Assembly: GCA_009602725.1 (NCBI GenBank) | Contig: WELB01000030.1 | Coordinates: 688,447 to 752,446, forward strand | Direction of reading: 5' to 3' | From: Spirogloea muscicola | Lineage: Eukaryota | DNA: 64,000 nt | In this document: positions 40,269 to 53,155 of the stretch, piece after piece | How the letters are laid out: each line of letters starts with the position of its first letter | How positions within the stretch are numbered: the first letter of the stretch is position 1 | The notes under the pieces: model-generated | What the model was told of the DNA's origin: nothing | The model's database searches: none | The model's input: the letters and a program-made list of their open reading frames with translations, nothing else | Translations under genes and position numbers: made by a program

Positions 40269-43200
40269 ATGGCGGCCGCTGCAGCAGGGGGCCCGGCGGC
40301 CGGCGCCAAGGAGGGCCGGCTCCTTGTCGACTCGTTCCTTCACCTCATGAGTGCGTTCGCACAGCCGCCTGTGCTCCCACGACGACCACTCTGATCACTC
40401 CTAGCTGCAACATTAGTGGCTGTGCTGCACATTGCCTGTGCTGATGGCGGCACTTCAACCGTGTCTCCCTGCCGTTCCATAATGGTATCATGCTCACAAT
40501 GGTATCGTGCTTTGATACCTGTATTGGTGCAGTCTCGCAGGTGTCGTCCAGGATGCTGACTTTCTTGCTGAATTTGCTGGTGGCGAGGCGCCTGACGCCA
40601 GGAGAGTACGGGGTAAGCTATTCAACATGGTTTGGTATAGTAGGACATGGGTTCAAGAGTTGCAGTGCTCATTGTGTGCTTCTCGTCAAGCGAGAGTGAA
40701 CAGAGGACTCAGTACTTGAGCAGCTCACTATGCAATCAAGGAGCAGATGATCAAGTATCCACTACTGATTGCAGGTGTCTGCCATCCAGTTCTCGCTCTT
40801 GACAACAACTATTCTCTTCATCAGCCGGGAGGGCTTCCGACGAGGATGTCTGAGAAGCAATGTGAGGTAGCTCTCACTGTTGGAGTGCACTGTCCTCTGT
40901 TGCAACTTGCTGACAACAAGGTCATAAGAAGGCTTTTGCGATCGCAAGGTTCTGCTAAGGAAGTCCCTAGCAAATAGTATGCCAGGCTGAGCTACTTGCT
41001 TCTGATAGTGCAGGACTTTCTAAACAATCTGCCCTGTGCATTGATCCAGCACATCTGTGGAGAGTCAAGCTCAGCTTGTAAGCATTGCGTGGTTGACAGT
41101 CCCCTTGGGGTTCGCTATGAGCGCAACTACGACAACAGTGGTAGTGGCATGGAGGGCTCTCAAGGGCTTGGCCCCCTTTGACAGCTACTCACTAGCTATT
41201 TATCTGCATGGTAGGCCCTACAGATTGGAAGCTATGTTGCAAATGTATCACCCTTTCTAATCTATTTGGTTTCTCTTCAAGGCAGAGGGGTCTAAGCACT
41301 TCTGCTTGTGACTGCTGAGATGTCGACCCCTTAAGAACCTCAACTGTCAGCACCTGTGTGCAGGATTGGCTGCAATCATTGAGATATGCAGTGAACCCCT
41401 TTACATAAAAGCCCAAAGTCTGGTACTTCTCCGACTAAGAGTGATGACAGAGGCTGCTGCCACACTTGCTCGATGCTGCATGACATGTTTCCTCCTTGTG
41501 GCACGCATCGGCAGGGTAAGTAGTATATGGAGCTCAGCTGTCAATGCTTGCCGAAGGGGAGGTTGTTGCCTGTGAAAGTTGTTGCAGTTCAGATTCTCTT
41601 GGACAGTGTCCTGCAGATAACAGCTGGTTACCTGTCTTCAAAATGTTGTAGGGTGGTGGCCTTGTGTTCGCTTATGCTGAGGTAGCATATAGTTCTTGCC
41701 TGTTGCTGGGCTACTGGGGTTACTTTGCCACCAGGCCTCGAGGATCCAAAGATAACAGCCTGGCAGTAAGTCAGCTCCTACCCTCAAGGTGCTTCCCATA
41801 CTCTTCTTTGTCGCGTCAGCGATAACAGCATTTGAGGAAGCCTTTGATGGTTGTGATTGTGAAAACTAGTGGCCAAAGAGCAAGCACTTATCGTTGAGCT
41901 TTGCTGCTAGTCTACTTATGACAAATGACTATTGTAGTACCTCCGGAGTGGAGGGTATCAGGCCTCTGCATTCCACCTTGACACACAGGCGTGATGCGAT
42001 TTATATGTTCCTTTTCCTTTTGTGTACAAGTCTGACTTTTGCAGTCACTTCTATGTCCATGATGTTGGTTTGTCATCTTTAATTTGACACAGGAAGGGTT
42101 ACCTTGCTGGCAAACATTCTGGGCTTCTCCGTCTGTGCGGCATCTTCACACTGCAGTCCATTCAAAAGCTAGCATTGCAGAGTGGAGATGCCCTTGTACT
42201 AGTACTCTTCGATACAGCTTACAATCAAGGAGTGTATGCCCTTGTTAGCAATCTAGGTGACAGCTGCCACCCTAGATGGCATAGTGAAGTATCAACCATG
42301 CAGTGCATGCCTGCTTATCTGCATAAATCTTAGTGTGGGTTGCCCTTCTTCTCGCGGCGTATGCTCTAATAAGCTCAACGGTCACCATCTGCTTGAAAGG
42401 TTTGCCATTCGACGTGATGCTCTGATGCAGGTCAACAACATCGTCAAATTCTGAAGTACCTCTGAAAGTTGCGTATGTGACCAGGTAGCCTTGTGGTTAG
42501 AATGGTCCTGCAGCCGTTAGAGGAAAGTGCCTTCCTTATGTTTGCAAAAGCGACTGTGGCAAATAATCAATCTCAATCAGGTAACTCATAAGAAATCCCG
42601 TAGATTCTCCTACCGAGTGATTAAGTTGCTTAGTGCTGCTAACCAACTTGATCAAAATGACGTTGTCTGTTGAGTTTCTTGCAAAGACAGACCACTTCAC
42701 CTTTACCTTGTCCAATGTTTCCTGTCAGACAGACTGGCTATGGAGCGTTTGCTACTTCTGGCACTGAAGGTCGTCATTTACATAGGTAGGGTTGACCTGC
42801 AGAGGAGATACTATGAGTAGTATAATACCATGTATAGGTAGTAAGCTTGACTTGATGGCTTATGCGTTCATATGCAAATGAGCATTGATGATAGAGGCTG
42901 CCGTGCAGGGTTCTTATTTGTTGTTTTTGGACCCAATTACTCATATGTCCTTCTTCGACTTCTTTACGGAACAAAGTGGAGTGACGGCGAGGCACCTCGG
43001 GCACTAGCATGCTACTGTCTATATGTCATGGTCCTTGCTGCCAATGGTGAGCACCCCTTCCTCGCACCTATCTCGTTTTCATCTATAGAAGGCATGGCTT
43101 AGTTGCATTATCATGCATCTGATAGCAGCTGTTGTACTGAATGTTTTGCTGCCTATTGTTATCTCTGTCGCAGGCATCACTGAAGCCTTCTTACATGCAG

Positions 43201-44405
43201 TGGTGACTGAAGAGCAGTTGGCGAGGTCTAACAGGTGGCTTGTAGGGTTTACGCTCATTTACACTGGGCTAAGTGTCCTACTTATCAAGACCCTGGGCTC
43301 AAGTGGCCTCATTCTTGCAAACTGCTTCAGTATCCTCTCATTTACCAGACTTGAATGGCCTAGCACCATTCTGACCAATCTTTTTTGCATGTCTACTACT
43401 ATCTTTCTGAGGAGGAAGCTGTGGATGTAAACACCTGAACATCTGTTGCTGCTAATCTCTGTGACACCTCTGCCAGACTCAGTGAGCTTTCAGCTTATCT
43501 TGTTTCCTTGTTAATTAAGCAGCTAGAAGAAGTCGACTTTTATTGTTATGCATGTACCTTGTTATACCTTCATAGTTGCACAGACATGGCACTGCGCATC
43601 ACCTATGCTATCTTATTCATCCGCTGGTATTTCAAGGTGAGAACAGCTCTGAAGCAAGTTGTACTCGTCTATGTCATGCCGCCTCAGAATCAGTTATTCT
43701 CTGTACATTAAGGCATGCAGTTTCTTGTAGGGAAATTTCAAATGACAGCAACCAACAAAATGCTCCAACATATGCAGTTGACGTGTGTAACAGCCAGACA
43801 GTGGTTGAGCACTCGTGATTGCAGATTCAACAGATTCAGATTCACAACACCCTCATCATTACTCCTAGTCTTACTCTCTGTATCATGCTTGGCCTGCAAC
43901 AGCTGCATTGAAAGTTTCTCCTTTCCTTTTTCCTGGCAGGCATCAGCTTCGTTCAGCCTTTGGAGAGCTTTGCCGGGGGGGCATGTCACAATGGTTTTGA
44001 TGCTATCAGCATGCACAACATGGGTCTCAAATCAAGCACTGATTGACAGAGAGCTATCTGCAGTCACAGCTGCTAAGCACATTGGTGTTGGTGTTGCCTG
44101 CGTGGCTTGCCTCCTTGGTACTATGTATCCAAGCCCATTGCAACTCCACCTGTTCCTGCATGTGAAGCCTAGTCATCCGGCTTTGCATCTTGCAACTCCC
44201 TTGCTCCCTCATTTAATTCTCCAGATTGTATGGTGGCCATCATGGTCTCATCCTCGGTTGTGCTTGCAGCAACTTACATTCATCTTGAGCAGTGCGAACA
44301 TTTTTCCTTAAAGGCTTGCTCAGATATACATACGAGCGGCCTTTCCTAATGGAATTGAGAAACCTAAGAGGGAAGCGCAACCAACAAAGTGACAAGGAGG
44401 AGTGA
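40269..44405 (+). CDS. RFT1: RFT1 (Man5GlcNAc2-PP-dolichol translocation protein), multi-exon
   Basis: SQVSSRMLTFLLN / LFISREGFRRGC / EICSEPLYI / QSIQKLALQSGD / GSLVVRMVLQPLEESA / FGPNYSYVLLRLLYGTKWSDG..LAANG / ITEAF. Confidence 0.92.
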
Positions 44406-45289
44406 TGGATGTGTGGAGTCTAACTCTTCGCTGCCAATCATTAATTCCCACTCACACACATCACATTATTTGCTGCACTTGAAGGTTGTGTTGGCTAACT
44501 TTGCTATTTGTTTTCCTGGCACATGGATCCAAGTTTCTTAACGGCGTACACTGTATAGTAGGAATTTGTGTCTTGCAGTAGGTTTGTCTACATCTAATGC
44601 TGGTGACATATTCTTGCAAGATACGCCTAGCTTGCCCGTCGCATGTCATACTGTTGAACAAGCAGTGGATGGCTTTGCCTTCTGGCCTCCACTCTAACCG
44701 GTTCTTCAAGTTGGATGTCGAGGCCTTCAAGACTTGTCCGGTGCCACGCCACACCTATGCTGACAAAATGTGGGGAGCACTGAAGGAGCAATGGTTGTAA
44801 GGGGCAGTCCCGTCATAGAATAGAGAAAAATCCTTTGCAGGGTATGGCAAACGCTATGAGAGGCCAGTCTGTAGAGACAGCTCGTTCGAAGTACGGCTAT
44901 AGGCTACGATAGGCCAACCAAAGCGCTTGACCAGTTGCTTACACGTCCACAGAAGACCAACGCATAAAACTCCAGCTACAACAAGCACTACTTCTGTCTC
45001 CCCATCTGCCTTCACCGAACACTTTCCTCTGCCTTTGTCCTATGTGGTCCTCCACTTTGTCATGAAAAGACGAGTTCTTCATCTGATTTTAACAAGGTAT
45101 ATAGGCAATAACAAGGTAACGGCGAGGAGTGGGTTCCTCAAGAAGAACGCGCAGTAAGGAGGCACAGGTGGGACACTGCCGCCCTCGTCGGCTGCCCTTC
45201 ACATGCTGAAGAGAGCCTGGCGTCTCGACGAGATGGGAACTGCCGTCTCGGGCTCCTCTCGGCGTGACTCCAGGTGGGCCGAAGGTAAT

Positions 45290-45400
45290 GACTCTCTGAT
45301 AAAAGAAGGCGCGCGGAGCACATAAAATGAAAGGGAGGCCAATTCAAGCCAATGCATTGTTCAGGCAGACACTAGTGCAAACTAAACAATCTACACGATA
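45290..45400 (-). repeat. Dispersed repeat fragment (RLE-family tail)
   Basis: aaggcgcgcggagcacataaaatgaaagggaggccaattcaagccaatgcattgttcaggcaga is near-identical to 33276-33320 and to the reverse complement of 48753-48816. Confidence 0.75.
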
Positions 45401-45584
45401 CCAGACCTTAAATACAGAGAAGGATAATAAAGAGAAGAGAAGACGCTTCCAGGAGACGCTTTCTGATCTCTAGTACGGCGTCGGCCTGATAACGGTGCAT
45501 GGTCCGTTGTACTCCGCAGTCAGAGAAGCTCCTGCGCCGCCGCCGCCAGGGCCGCCGCCGCCGCCGCCAGCGCCGCTGCCCGCC

Positions 45585-47912
45585 ATGGCGATCGAGGAGG
45601 CGGTACTGGCCGCGATCAAGGCCGCCAAGCCCGTTTTCCGGGATGACCACGACCGGGTCGCGTTCGCCGCGCACGCCGCGGTGCTGGCGTCGGGCTACAG
45701 CCTCGTGGCAGCTGGCCGCAGCGTCGACGCTGAGCCGTCAGGTCAGGGCCAGCTCTCAAGCGATGGCTACATGCAGTGGAGACGGCACTGCCTCGTCGAG
45801 CTGGAAGCCGGGCCGTGAAGTGACCCTGCGCGCTGCGGACGCATGGCTTGTCATGCAGAGGCCAAGGAGTCGGAGGCGACCAGCAGCTGGAAGAACAGCA
45901 ACGGCACGTACGCCTTCCGCTATGCGGCTGACGACGACCCCGAGCGGACGATGATTCTCAAGGGCACAGCCATGGGCGAGTCGCTCATGCTCGACGCAGC
46001 TGCTGACAGCAGGACCACCAACACAGAACTAAAGTTGGTGTTACCTTCGCCAAGCGCATTCTGCCCAACAATCTCAAGCGGATATCCAGCTTTTGATTTC
46101 ATTCTGATTATCTCAAGGCCATGACATGCGATCCAACCTGCAACCTACCTGATGCTGGTGACTGGTTCAGTGCAGCTCTGATGTCCTGCATGGGTCCGTA
46201 TCACAAGGAATTAGCCTGGAAGTACGAGAACTTGGCAGCCTGTCACAAGTCGATTTGTGCGTGTTTTCAGGGTGAAGGACTACGTGGCAGACACCAGCAA
46301 CTCAAGCTATGCAAGGCAGTACAAGAATTTGAGATTGCTTGTGGAGCATGTTGAGAGAGACATTCTCAAGGACTTATATCCGCCTATTGCAAGTGCCAAG
46401 TCGACCAGTCGTTCCAGCCAGTATGCATGCCCACTCTTCTCTGTTGGCAGTCCCGACTCTGCTGCTTACACCACTAAACAAGTCCTTGCAGTACTACTCT
46501 TGAAGCCTTATCCTGCTATTGTAAAGTACATGTTGTTGCGTGCATTATTGTATCAACCCAGACTAGTATAACACCTTTACCTTGTTCACTTTTCATGCAC
46601 TCAAAAATCATGCTGCACCCGCAGGGGGAAGACCGAGACGAGTCGGCTGATTGAGGGCGAAAACCAACCTCAGTGGCAGCCTGCTCAGGGGTACATTTTC
46701 GTGTTCATCAATTGCATTATGCTTGTTAGCTGCAAGGGATGGCTGCGGGGCCAGTACTGGAATCTGCTGTGTGCGGTCGATCAGAGGCTGTGACAGTCAC
46801 TGAAGTGCCGTTTATTTCCAAGTCAATTCAGCAGGAGTGGACTCTACGTACCCAACCAGGGACACGACGATCTTTATCCAGCGAGTGGACTCGGAGTTTT
46901 TCCCATGCAGTAAGCCACCAGCATGTAGTCTGCAGTCATCAGCGAAGATGCTCGAGTCCACTGCAGATCAGAGGCATCAGTCTGTGGGTCATTGGGCTTG
47001 TTTGACTGTAAGCAGAAACACAATTAGAAGCTATGCTTACAGATTGTCGATTGCGGTAGCGCGTGAGAAGATGATGTCAGTTTGTGGCTTTTCCTGCAGA
47101 CCTGACATGCCAGGTCTTATGGGTGGTGTTGGAATACCCGGGGGAGGTGGCATGCTTCTTGGTAAATACGATATGCGCTTGACCTAGGACTCTGCTGAGA
47201 AAGAAAGGCTGAGTCCTTGTCATACTGGAGCAGCGTTGACATTGCTTGGTCTTGACAGGTCCCAATGATCCCAGGTGGTTAGGAGTTGGAAGCAGCCAGG
47301 GGCCTTATGGTGGTGGTCTTCCACCGTAAGATGCTAGTCCTTTCGATGGAAACAGGCAGGAAGCTTCCGAGAATTTGTGTTACGTACACAACAGAGACTG
47401 CTTGTGGCTTTTGGAAGTGCATTCACAGTGCTTTCATGATCTCCAATTATTTATATTGAGCTCGATCAAGGACGACTTCTTTTCTGTGAGTTCAGCATTA
47501 TCTGCGTCATATTGCCGACGGACAGGCAATACTTTCAGTCTCAGTGCCGTCGTTTGTCATTGGTGATGCACAGAGGGGTCCCTGCAGGAGCTCGATTTGA
47601 TCCATACGGCCCTTTTGGAGTACCTGGATTCGAGCCAGACCGATTTGGCGGGTATGTTCGATCCCATTATACCCAGATGGCTTTCTTAGACTAATCAAAT
47701 TTGGGCATAGATTGCGGTGGTGATATAAGGTAGGCGAATTTGCCATCCGCCTGACTTATTATGTGGTAGCCCTACATGTATTGTTGGGCTGCGCCAAGGG
47801 GAGAGCGCAGACAACTCTTAAGCCTCAGTTTGCGCTTTACAGAGAAGGTGGAAGGGGGCCGCGGCCAGGGCCTCACGTGCACCCTGATGTGCAACATTTC
47901 TACCCCTTCTGA
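45585..47912 (+). CDS. Proteasome inhibitor PI31 (PSMF1/PTRE1-like), multi-exon
   Basis: AVLAAIKAAKPVFRDDHDRVAFAAHAAVLASGY, YAFRY, GGGMLLGPNDPRW, GVPAGARFDPYGPFGVPGFEPDRF, HVHPDVQHF. Confidence 0.9.
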
Positions 47913-48719
47913 GCCCCTGAGGACAGGATATGTTTTTGAGGGAGGCTTTGTCAAGTAGTCACAGTACAATTTTCGCAGCATGCTGGGGGACTGCATGAGC
48001 CTGCTCAGTTTGCCTGAGACCTGTACATGTGTGTATAGTAAGATGGTGCAAGAGAAGATTTTGCAGGCGCTGTCATGAAATATCCCGTCGGTGGCTTATT
48101 CGTGTCGGTCTGACAAGACATGTGAGGTGGCACAACACGCGGACGACTGAGACACGTCACCTATCTAATACTGTAAACCAGAATTCGCAAACACAGCACC
48201 TCTAGCACAACTCCGGTCGCGTAAGTGTGGATTTGTCTTTGGAACTATCGATTATACATCAACAGGCCAACCCCATCCTCCAATCTCAACCACTCAAACA
48301 CCGTGCGTATCTGCCGCTGGACCGTAGATTTGGTATCCCAGAGGCAGCCCCAGCCTACCGCCCGAAACCGCTCAAAAGCCCAAGAGAAGCCGAAAAGCCT
48401 TACGCCTACTTCGATGGGTGTGCTCCCACCTTGACGAGTGAAGGCGGGTACCGGTCAGGCTAGCGGCGGGTAAAGGTGAAAGGGTGAGGGAATAGCAATC
48501 CCAGGCTACACTGGCCTTGGGAATTAAGGGTGGAGGGGCAGGTCGGAAATAGTGGTCTCAGGCTACACTGGCCTTGAGATCGAGGAGGAGGGGGAGCCAA
48601 ATGGGCCAACGAGCCTGCTCCAAAGAAAACAGAACCATTCTTTCCGAGTTAGCTTGTCAGATTTGTTTGTGCTCACCCGTGGGTACTAATGTCATCTTAG
48701 GTACCTTAGATTAGGTCTC

Positions 48720-48895
48720 CGTATTATATAGCATTGTTTAGTCTGCACTCGACTCTGCCTGAACAATGTATTGGCTTGAATTGGCCTCCCTTTCAATTCA
48801 TGCGCCCCGCGCGCCTTCCCCCTTCTCGTACTCTGTTCATTCTTTTTCGGGCTGGTTGTTCCAGCCCCTATTCTCAATGGGCGAGCACTTTCTTC
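48720..48895 (+). repeat. Dispersed repeat fragment (RLE-family tail), cut by N gap
   Basis: Matches 45300-45375 (rc) and 34135-34205, including gggctgg-ttgtt-ccagccc-ctattctcaatgggcgagc. Confidence 0.75.
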
Positions 48896-49007
48896 NNNNN
48901 NNNNNNNNNNNNNNNNNNNNNNNNNNNNNNNNNNNNNNNNNNNNNNNNNNNNNNNNNNNNNNNNNNNNNNNNNNNNNNNNNNNNNNNNNNNNNNNNNNNN
49001 NNNNNNN

Positions 49008-49099
49008 CGAAGTCCCTTCATTGGGCGTGATACTGTTCGGTCCGAAGTCCCTTCATTGGGCGTGATACTGGTTCTGTCCGAGCCCGTAGTAGGGCGTTC
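49008..49099. repeat. 35-bp tandem repeat at the gap edge, upstream of gag
   Basis: cgaagtcccttcattgggcgtgatactg at 49008 and 49043; a third degenerate unit cgagcccgtagtagggcgt at about 49079. Confidence 0.8.
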
Positions 49100-49287
49100 T
49101 CAATTCCGTTACTATTTCAAAGACCGATACCGACACTGAAACTGTTACGGTGACGGCTATTGGCCATCAGTTTCGGATCTAGTCCGTGCATCGCTATCAT
49201 TGCTTGGTGTTTCGGCTGCCTCTTTACTGGACCGAGTGAACTCCATTTTATTGTGTGGCGGTGATATCAAGCGATTTGTGTCTGTGC

Positions 49288-50388
49288 ATGGACTTAAGAA
49301 GCGGCCGCAATACTGAGTCTGTAGGTGAACCTTCAGATATTGTTGAGCTGCCAGTTGACGTATCAGACATTGCTGCTGTGGGTGGTTCGTCTGCAGGAGA
49401 CTCCGCAGTCATCTCTCGCAGACCTCGTCGCGCCATCATGTCTAGCGGAAACAGACCCACTTACAGAGGTACGCCCGGTGGTGATCCTCTTGCAAAGGTG
49501 AAATTGCATTATTATGCAGAGCTCTGCCAGCTGAGATTGCTAGGCAGTACTATCAGTCGGGAGGATAAAATGCTTTTACTGGGTCCCTATTTTAGTTATG
49601 AGGCAGCGGATGTCTGTGAAAGGCTGAAGGACGATCTCTTAGCTATGACCACACCAGTCCCAGCTAATGCATCACCGGCAGAATTGGAAAAGGGTCCTCA
49701 GTTACTGGAGGATCCAGTCAAAGAAATGTCTAAGTCCTTGGAGGAACAATTCCCAGTAAACGCAAATCTTTATAAGCAGGAACTGCTCAGGTTTAGCCGG
49801 CTTCCGAATGAGTCGACCACTTTGTGCTACTTCCGATTTAAGAAACTCATTAAACAGTCAGAAACCCCTATCAGCGAGCAGGAACTCGCTTCGCAGTTCC
49901 TGGACGTCTTTTCTGGCAAAGATTTAAAACAGATTCAGACCTTATTGCTGGTACGTCGTCAGCAATTAGGCAAGAAAGATTACAATTTAGAGGACGTGTA
50001 TAAGGTAATGATGGAGACAGAAGCTGACGACTTTGCATTGCACATTGCGAACGAGCGATTTGCAGGCATTGGAGGTGCTATGGCAAAATATTCAAACAAA
50101 TTATCAGGGTGTAATGTCAGGACACACATTGACACACCTGTATCTTCACCTTCTGTCAAGTCATTTTCTCCTCAGAATACTTCCATAACAGGGTGTCTCC
50201 ACTGCGGAAAAAGGGGACATGTCAAGGAAAATTGCAGGCTTCTACATCAAACTTCTGGTGCTGTATGTTCGTTCTGCAATAGGACCGGTCATTTAGACAC
50301 GCAGTGTTGGCAGAAACACCCAGAAAAGTTGCCCAACTCTATGAAGGAGAAATATGGTCAAGAAAGGGTGTCAAACCAAGTTGCGTAG
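49288..50388 (+). pseudogene. gag: Retrotransposon gag with two CCHC zinc knuckles
   Basis: Starts MDLRSGR; RLPNESTTLCYFRF gag-like motif; CLHCGKRGHVKENC and CSFCNRTGHLDTQC. Confidence 0.85.
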
Positions 50389-51119
50389 TCGTCCGGACCC
50401 TCTCAAACCAAAGTCGATCAACTGACAAAACAGATTCAAGAACTGACAAAACAACTGACAGTTGCAAAGGCACAGACAAAGTCTAAAATAGTCTCGGCTG
50501 CGTTGCCATACTCAGGTCAGGAAGAAGATGAGGATACATACCCAACTGGAGAAGATGAGAATACATACCAAGGACAGCACAACCCTAACAATACTGATGG
50601 GTATGATATTCGACACGCATATACCTTATCTCTGCCCAGACGTAATCCTCTTAAGCGAGGGGAAAACGAGTTGCAGCCAAATGTTAGTTCTGGTAGTTTT
50701 CGTTACCCAGCGAGCTTTCAGCTGAAAGATATTGAAGCCGACAGCCCACCTCGCCGTGTTAAACCTGTGTCACCCAAACCAGTTATTGACATAGATCCAA
50801 AGATAAGTTCTGTGTCAACTGATAAACTACTGAATAGGATGTATTCCACACCTATCTTGAGCTTTGAAGACCTTGGCATGACAAAGGCACAGTTGGGGGA
50901 CCATATACAAGCCTCCGATAGTTCGTACCAGATAGTCACAGTGCAAGTGACTGATTCGCCGGCAGTGATGACAACAGCACCCTCAAAATTCTTAGCTGTT
51001 GACAATGTCTCATGCAGGCCACCAACTGAACGCACCGAGCAGCTGGCAGCTGTAGCAATGCTGCAGAATTCCGACGGAGTCATTCAAGTTTCTACCAAGA
51101 ATGTCACTGAGGCACCTGA

Positions 51120-51420
51120 TAAGGTCCTAATGGACACAGGTGCACAACCCATCTTACTTGGTTCTCGATTTGCTAACTTGTTAAAGATTGGGAAAAATTA
51201 TATGCAAAGTGACAAGGTCATGATCACTACAGCAACTGGTTCCACTGATAATGTGGTCGGAATTACAAAACACCCGTTGCTTATCACCTTCAATAGTCAT
51301 GATCCTGCCAAGCGTCCTCTTTCTCAGCAATTTGCTTGATAACCAAGGCAACAACATATGATATATTGCTGGGTACTGAGACCTTAATTCCTTTGGGTTT
51401 TGGAATAGACTACTATGCTG
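51120..51420 (+). pseudogene. Retroviral-type aspartic protease domain (frameshifted)
   Basis: VLMDTGAQP active site; YDILLG in the next frame. Confidence 0.85.
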
Positions 51421-52036
51421 AACAGGCATGGTACAGACCTCAATGGGAGATTTCAGGCACTACAAAAGTCATGTTGCCACTATTAAAGGGGTGGAAATCC
51501 AATAACACATCAGCTCATATTGGCATGGTTGTGTTGAATACAGGAAGGAAGGCCGTTGAGACGTCAATTGCAAATCCTGCAGAGGACTCTAAAATGCAGA
51601 CGGGTGACACCGCTGAAGGGAAGAAGGCAGCCCAACAGCCAGTTGACATTTCCCCTAAGAAGGACGCTGAAGGTTCACCTGTAACTGACTTGAATAAGCC
51701 TCCACCTGCTGTTGTGCTTGTCTCGACTTCCAACAAGTGCGGTTTGTCAACGTCCGACAATCCTGTATTGCAGCCCAATCGCCACCTCGTACCCTTGTTC
51801 ATTCAGGCTTGACACCAGCTGATTTGGAGACATTGGAGCATGCAAAGCATTGGGAACGAATTCAGGCTGCACGGATGAGTTTCCCAGTTATAGGGCACTA
51901 TCGCGCAGCCGAAGCATGGTCACCTTTTACCTTTGAGACTCAGGTGCAGCCGCGCAAGACCAACATTGGCTCCAATGACGTCAACAATATTGGCATATTG
52001 TACGAGGGAGTAATCGAGTGGAATATTCCCGAAGCT

Positions 52037-52990
52037 GGTATTGTTCTGGTCGAACTGTTTGGCGGTGCAGCCAATGGCCTCAAAGCTGTGCTACAGAGTC
52101 ATATCAAGGTGGCCAAATACTATTATGTGGATGCAGATGAGGAGGCCAGAGCAGTGGCCCAGCATCATATTGACTGGTTAATCGGCCAGTACCCCACTTT
52201 GGTGACTGAGCAGACATTCAGTCATTGGGATACAATGTTCCCGCAGGACATCACAGAAGCAGTAAAGTCAGCTTTCCCCAAGCTGCCTCATGTGGATCTT
52301 GTTATGGCGGGTTTTCCTTGTGGTGGTTTTAGCTCACTTGGCAGCGGGCTGGGCTTCAAGCATCCCCAGACAGGCCTGTTCATTACCATGATGGAGTAAT
52401 TACACGACATTCGCTCCCGTCAGGCTACGCCTTATGGATACATAATTGAGAATGTGGAGCCAAAGCCAAGCCAACATAACGCTCGACGCCATTTTACTAC
52501 GGTGTGCGACATTCTGGGACCACCCACAAAATTCAATGCAGCAAAAATGGGGTCATTGGCTGACCGCAACCGTGTGCACTGGACGAACCTAGCACCACAA
52601 CAAATGCTGGAGACTTGTATCAAGCACCAGATCCGGCCTCCAAACCTGTATGCCTACGTGGCACTTAATCCCGGCCGTGAAGTGGTACCGGTTATCCATG
52701 CACTCAACAGAGGTTCATACAACATGGAACGTTGTCATCGCATGACGTTTCCCACCTTCGTTGCAACTGAAGGCTCAGTGGATTTCCATGTGGTCAGAGG
52801 AGAGCCAGGTCAAGGCATGGTCAGAGATATAGCCACTGACACATATGAAGAACCACACCCTCACGAGCGAGAGAGGGCAATGGGTTATAATCCAGGAGAG
52901 ATTTCCCTACTCCACTTTTCTCGCACAACCAATATCCGCATCATAGGAAATTCTTTTGATGCAAATTCAATGTCTTGGTTTACAAGCGTC
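52037..52990 (+). pseudogene. C5 DNA cytosine methyltransferase domain in-frame within pol (one internal stop)
   Basis: Motif I VELFGG, II YVDAD, III QDIT, IV DLVMAGFPC, VI YIIENV, VIII ADRNRVHWTN, IX ERERAMGY, X IIGNSF; all in the same frame as RT and IN. Confidence 0.92.
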
Positions 52991-53155
52991 TGTAATGCCA
53001 TACAAGTGCAATATAGATTGAAGAAGAGAAGCTTTCTGACCAATCCACAACAAATGGCAGATTCAGACAAACAACTGTTGCAGTTGTTTGACCCACCAGT
53101 CAGAGTGGTCAACGAATCCTGACAATCAAAGACTAACAGGCAGGTATACCATTCT

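Noticed and set aside
25..47912. Apparent proteostasis cluster (PBB, UFD1, RPT5, PCO, PI31) and secretory cluster (zeta-COP, TM9SF, HVA22, RFT1, ERD2)
   Set aside because: Large housekeeping categories, interspersed with unrelated genes in mixed orientation; no shared regulatory signal seen; compatible with chance
48071..48694. TGTCA..TGTCA-bounded segment as a candidate 5' or solo LTR; tggtatcccagag at 48331 as a PBS; gtaaaccagaa (48173) resembling gtaaactggaa (56229)
   Set aside because: No TSD, the PBS match is imperfect and misplaced, and the similarity to the 3' end does not extend beyond about 14 nt
49008..49099. Repeat as a CRISPR-like array
   Set aside because: Head-to-tail units with no unique spacers, eukaryotic context, no cas genes
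52037..52990. DNMT as bacterial contamination or a restriction-modification gene
   Set aside because: In frame with gypsy RT and IN, shares their decay pattern, and no restriction enzyme or bacterial genes nearby
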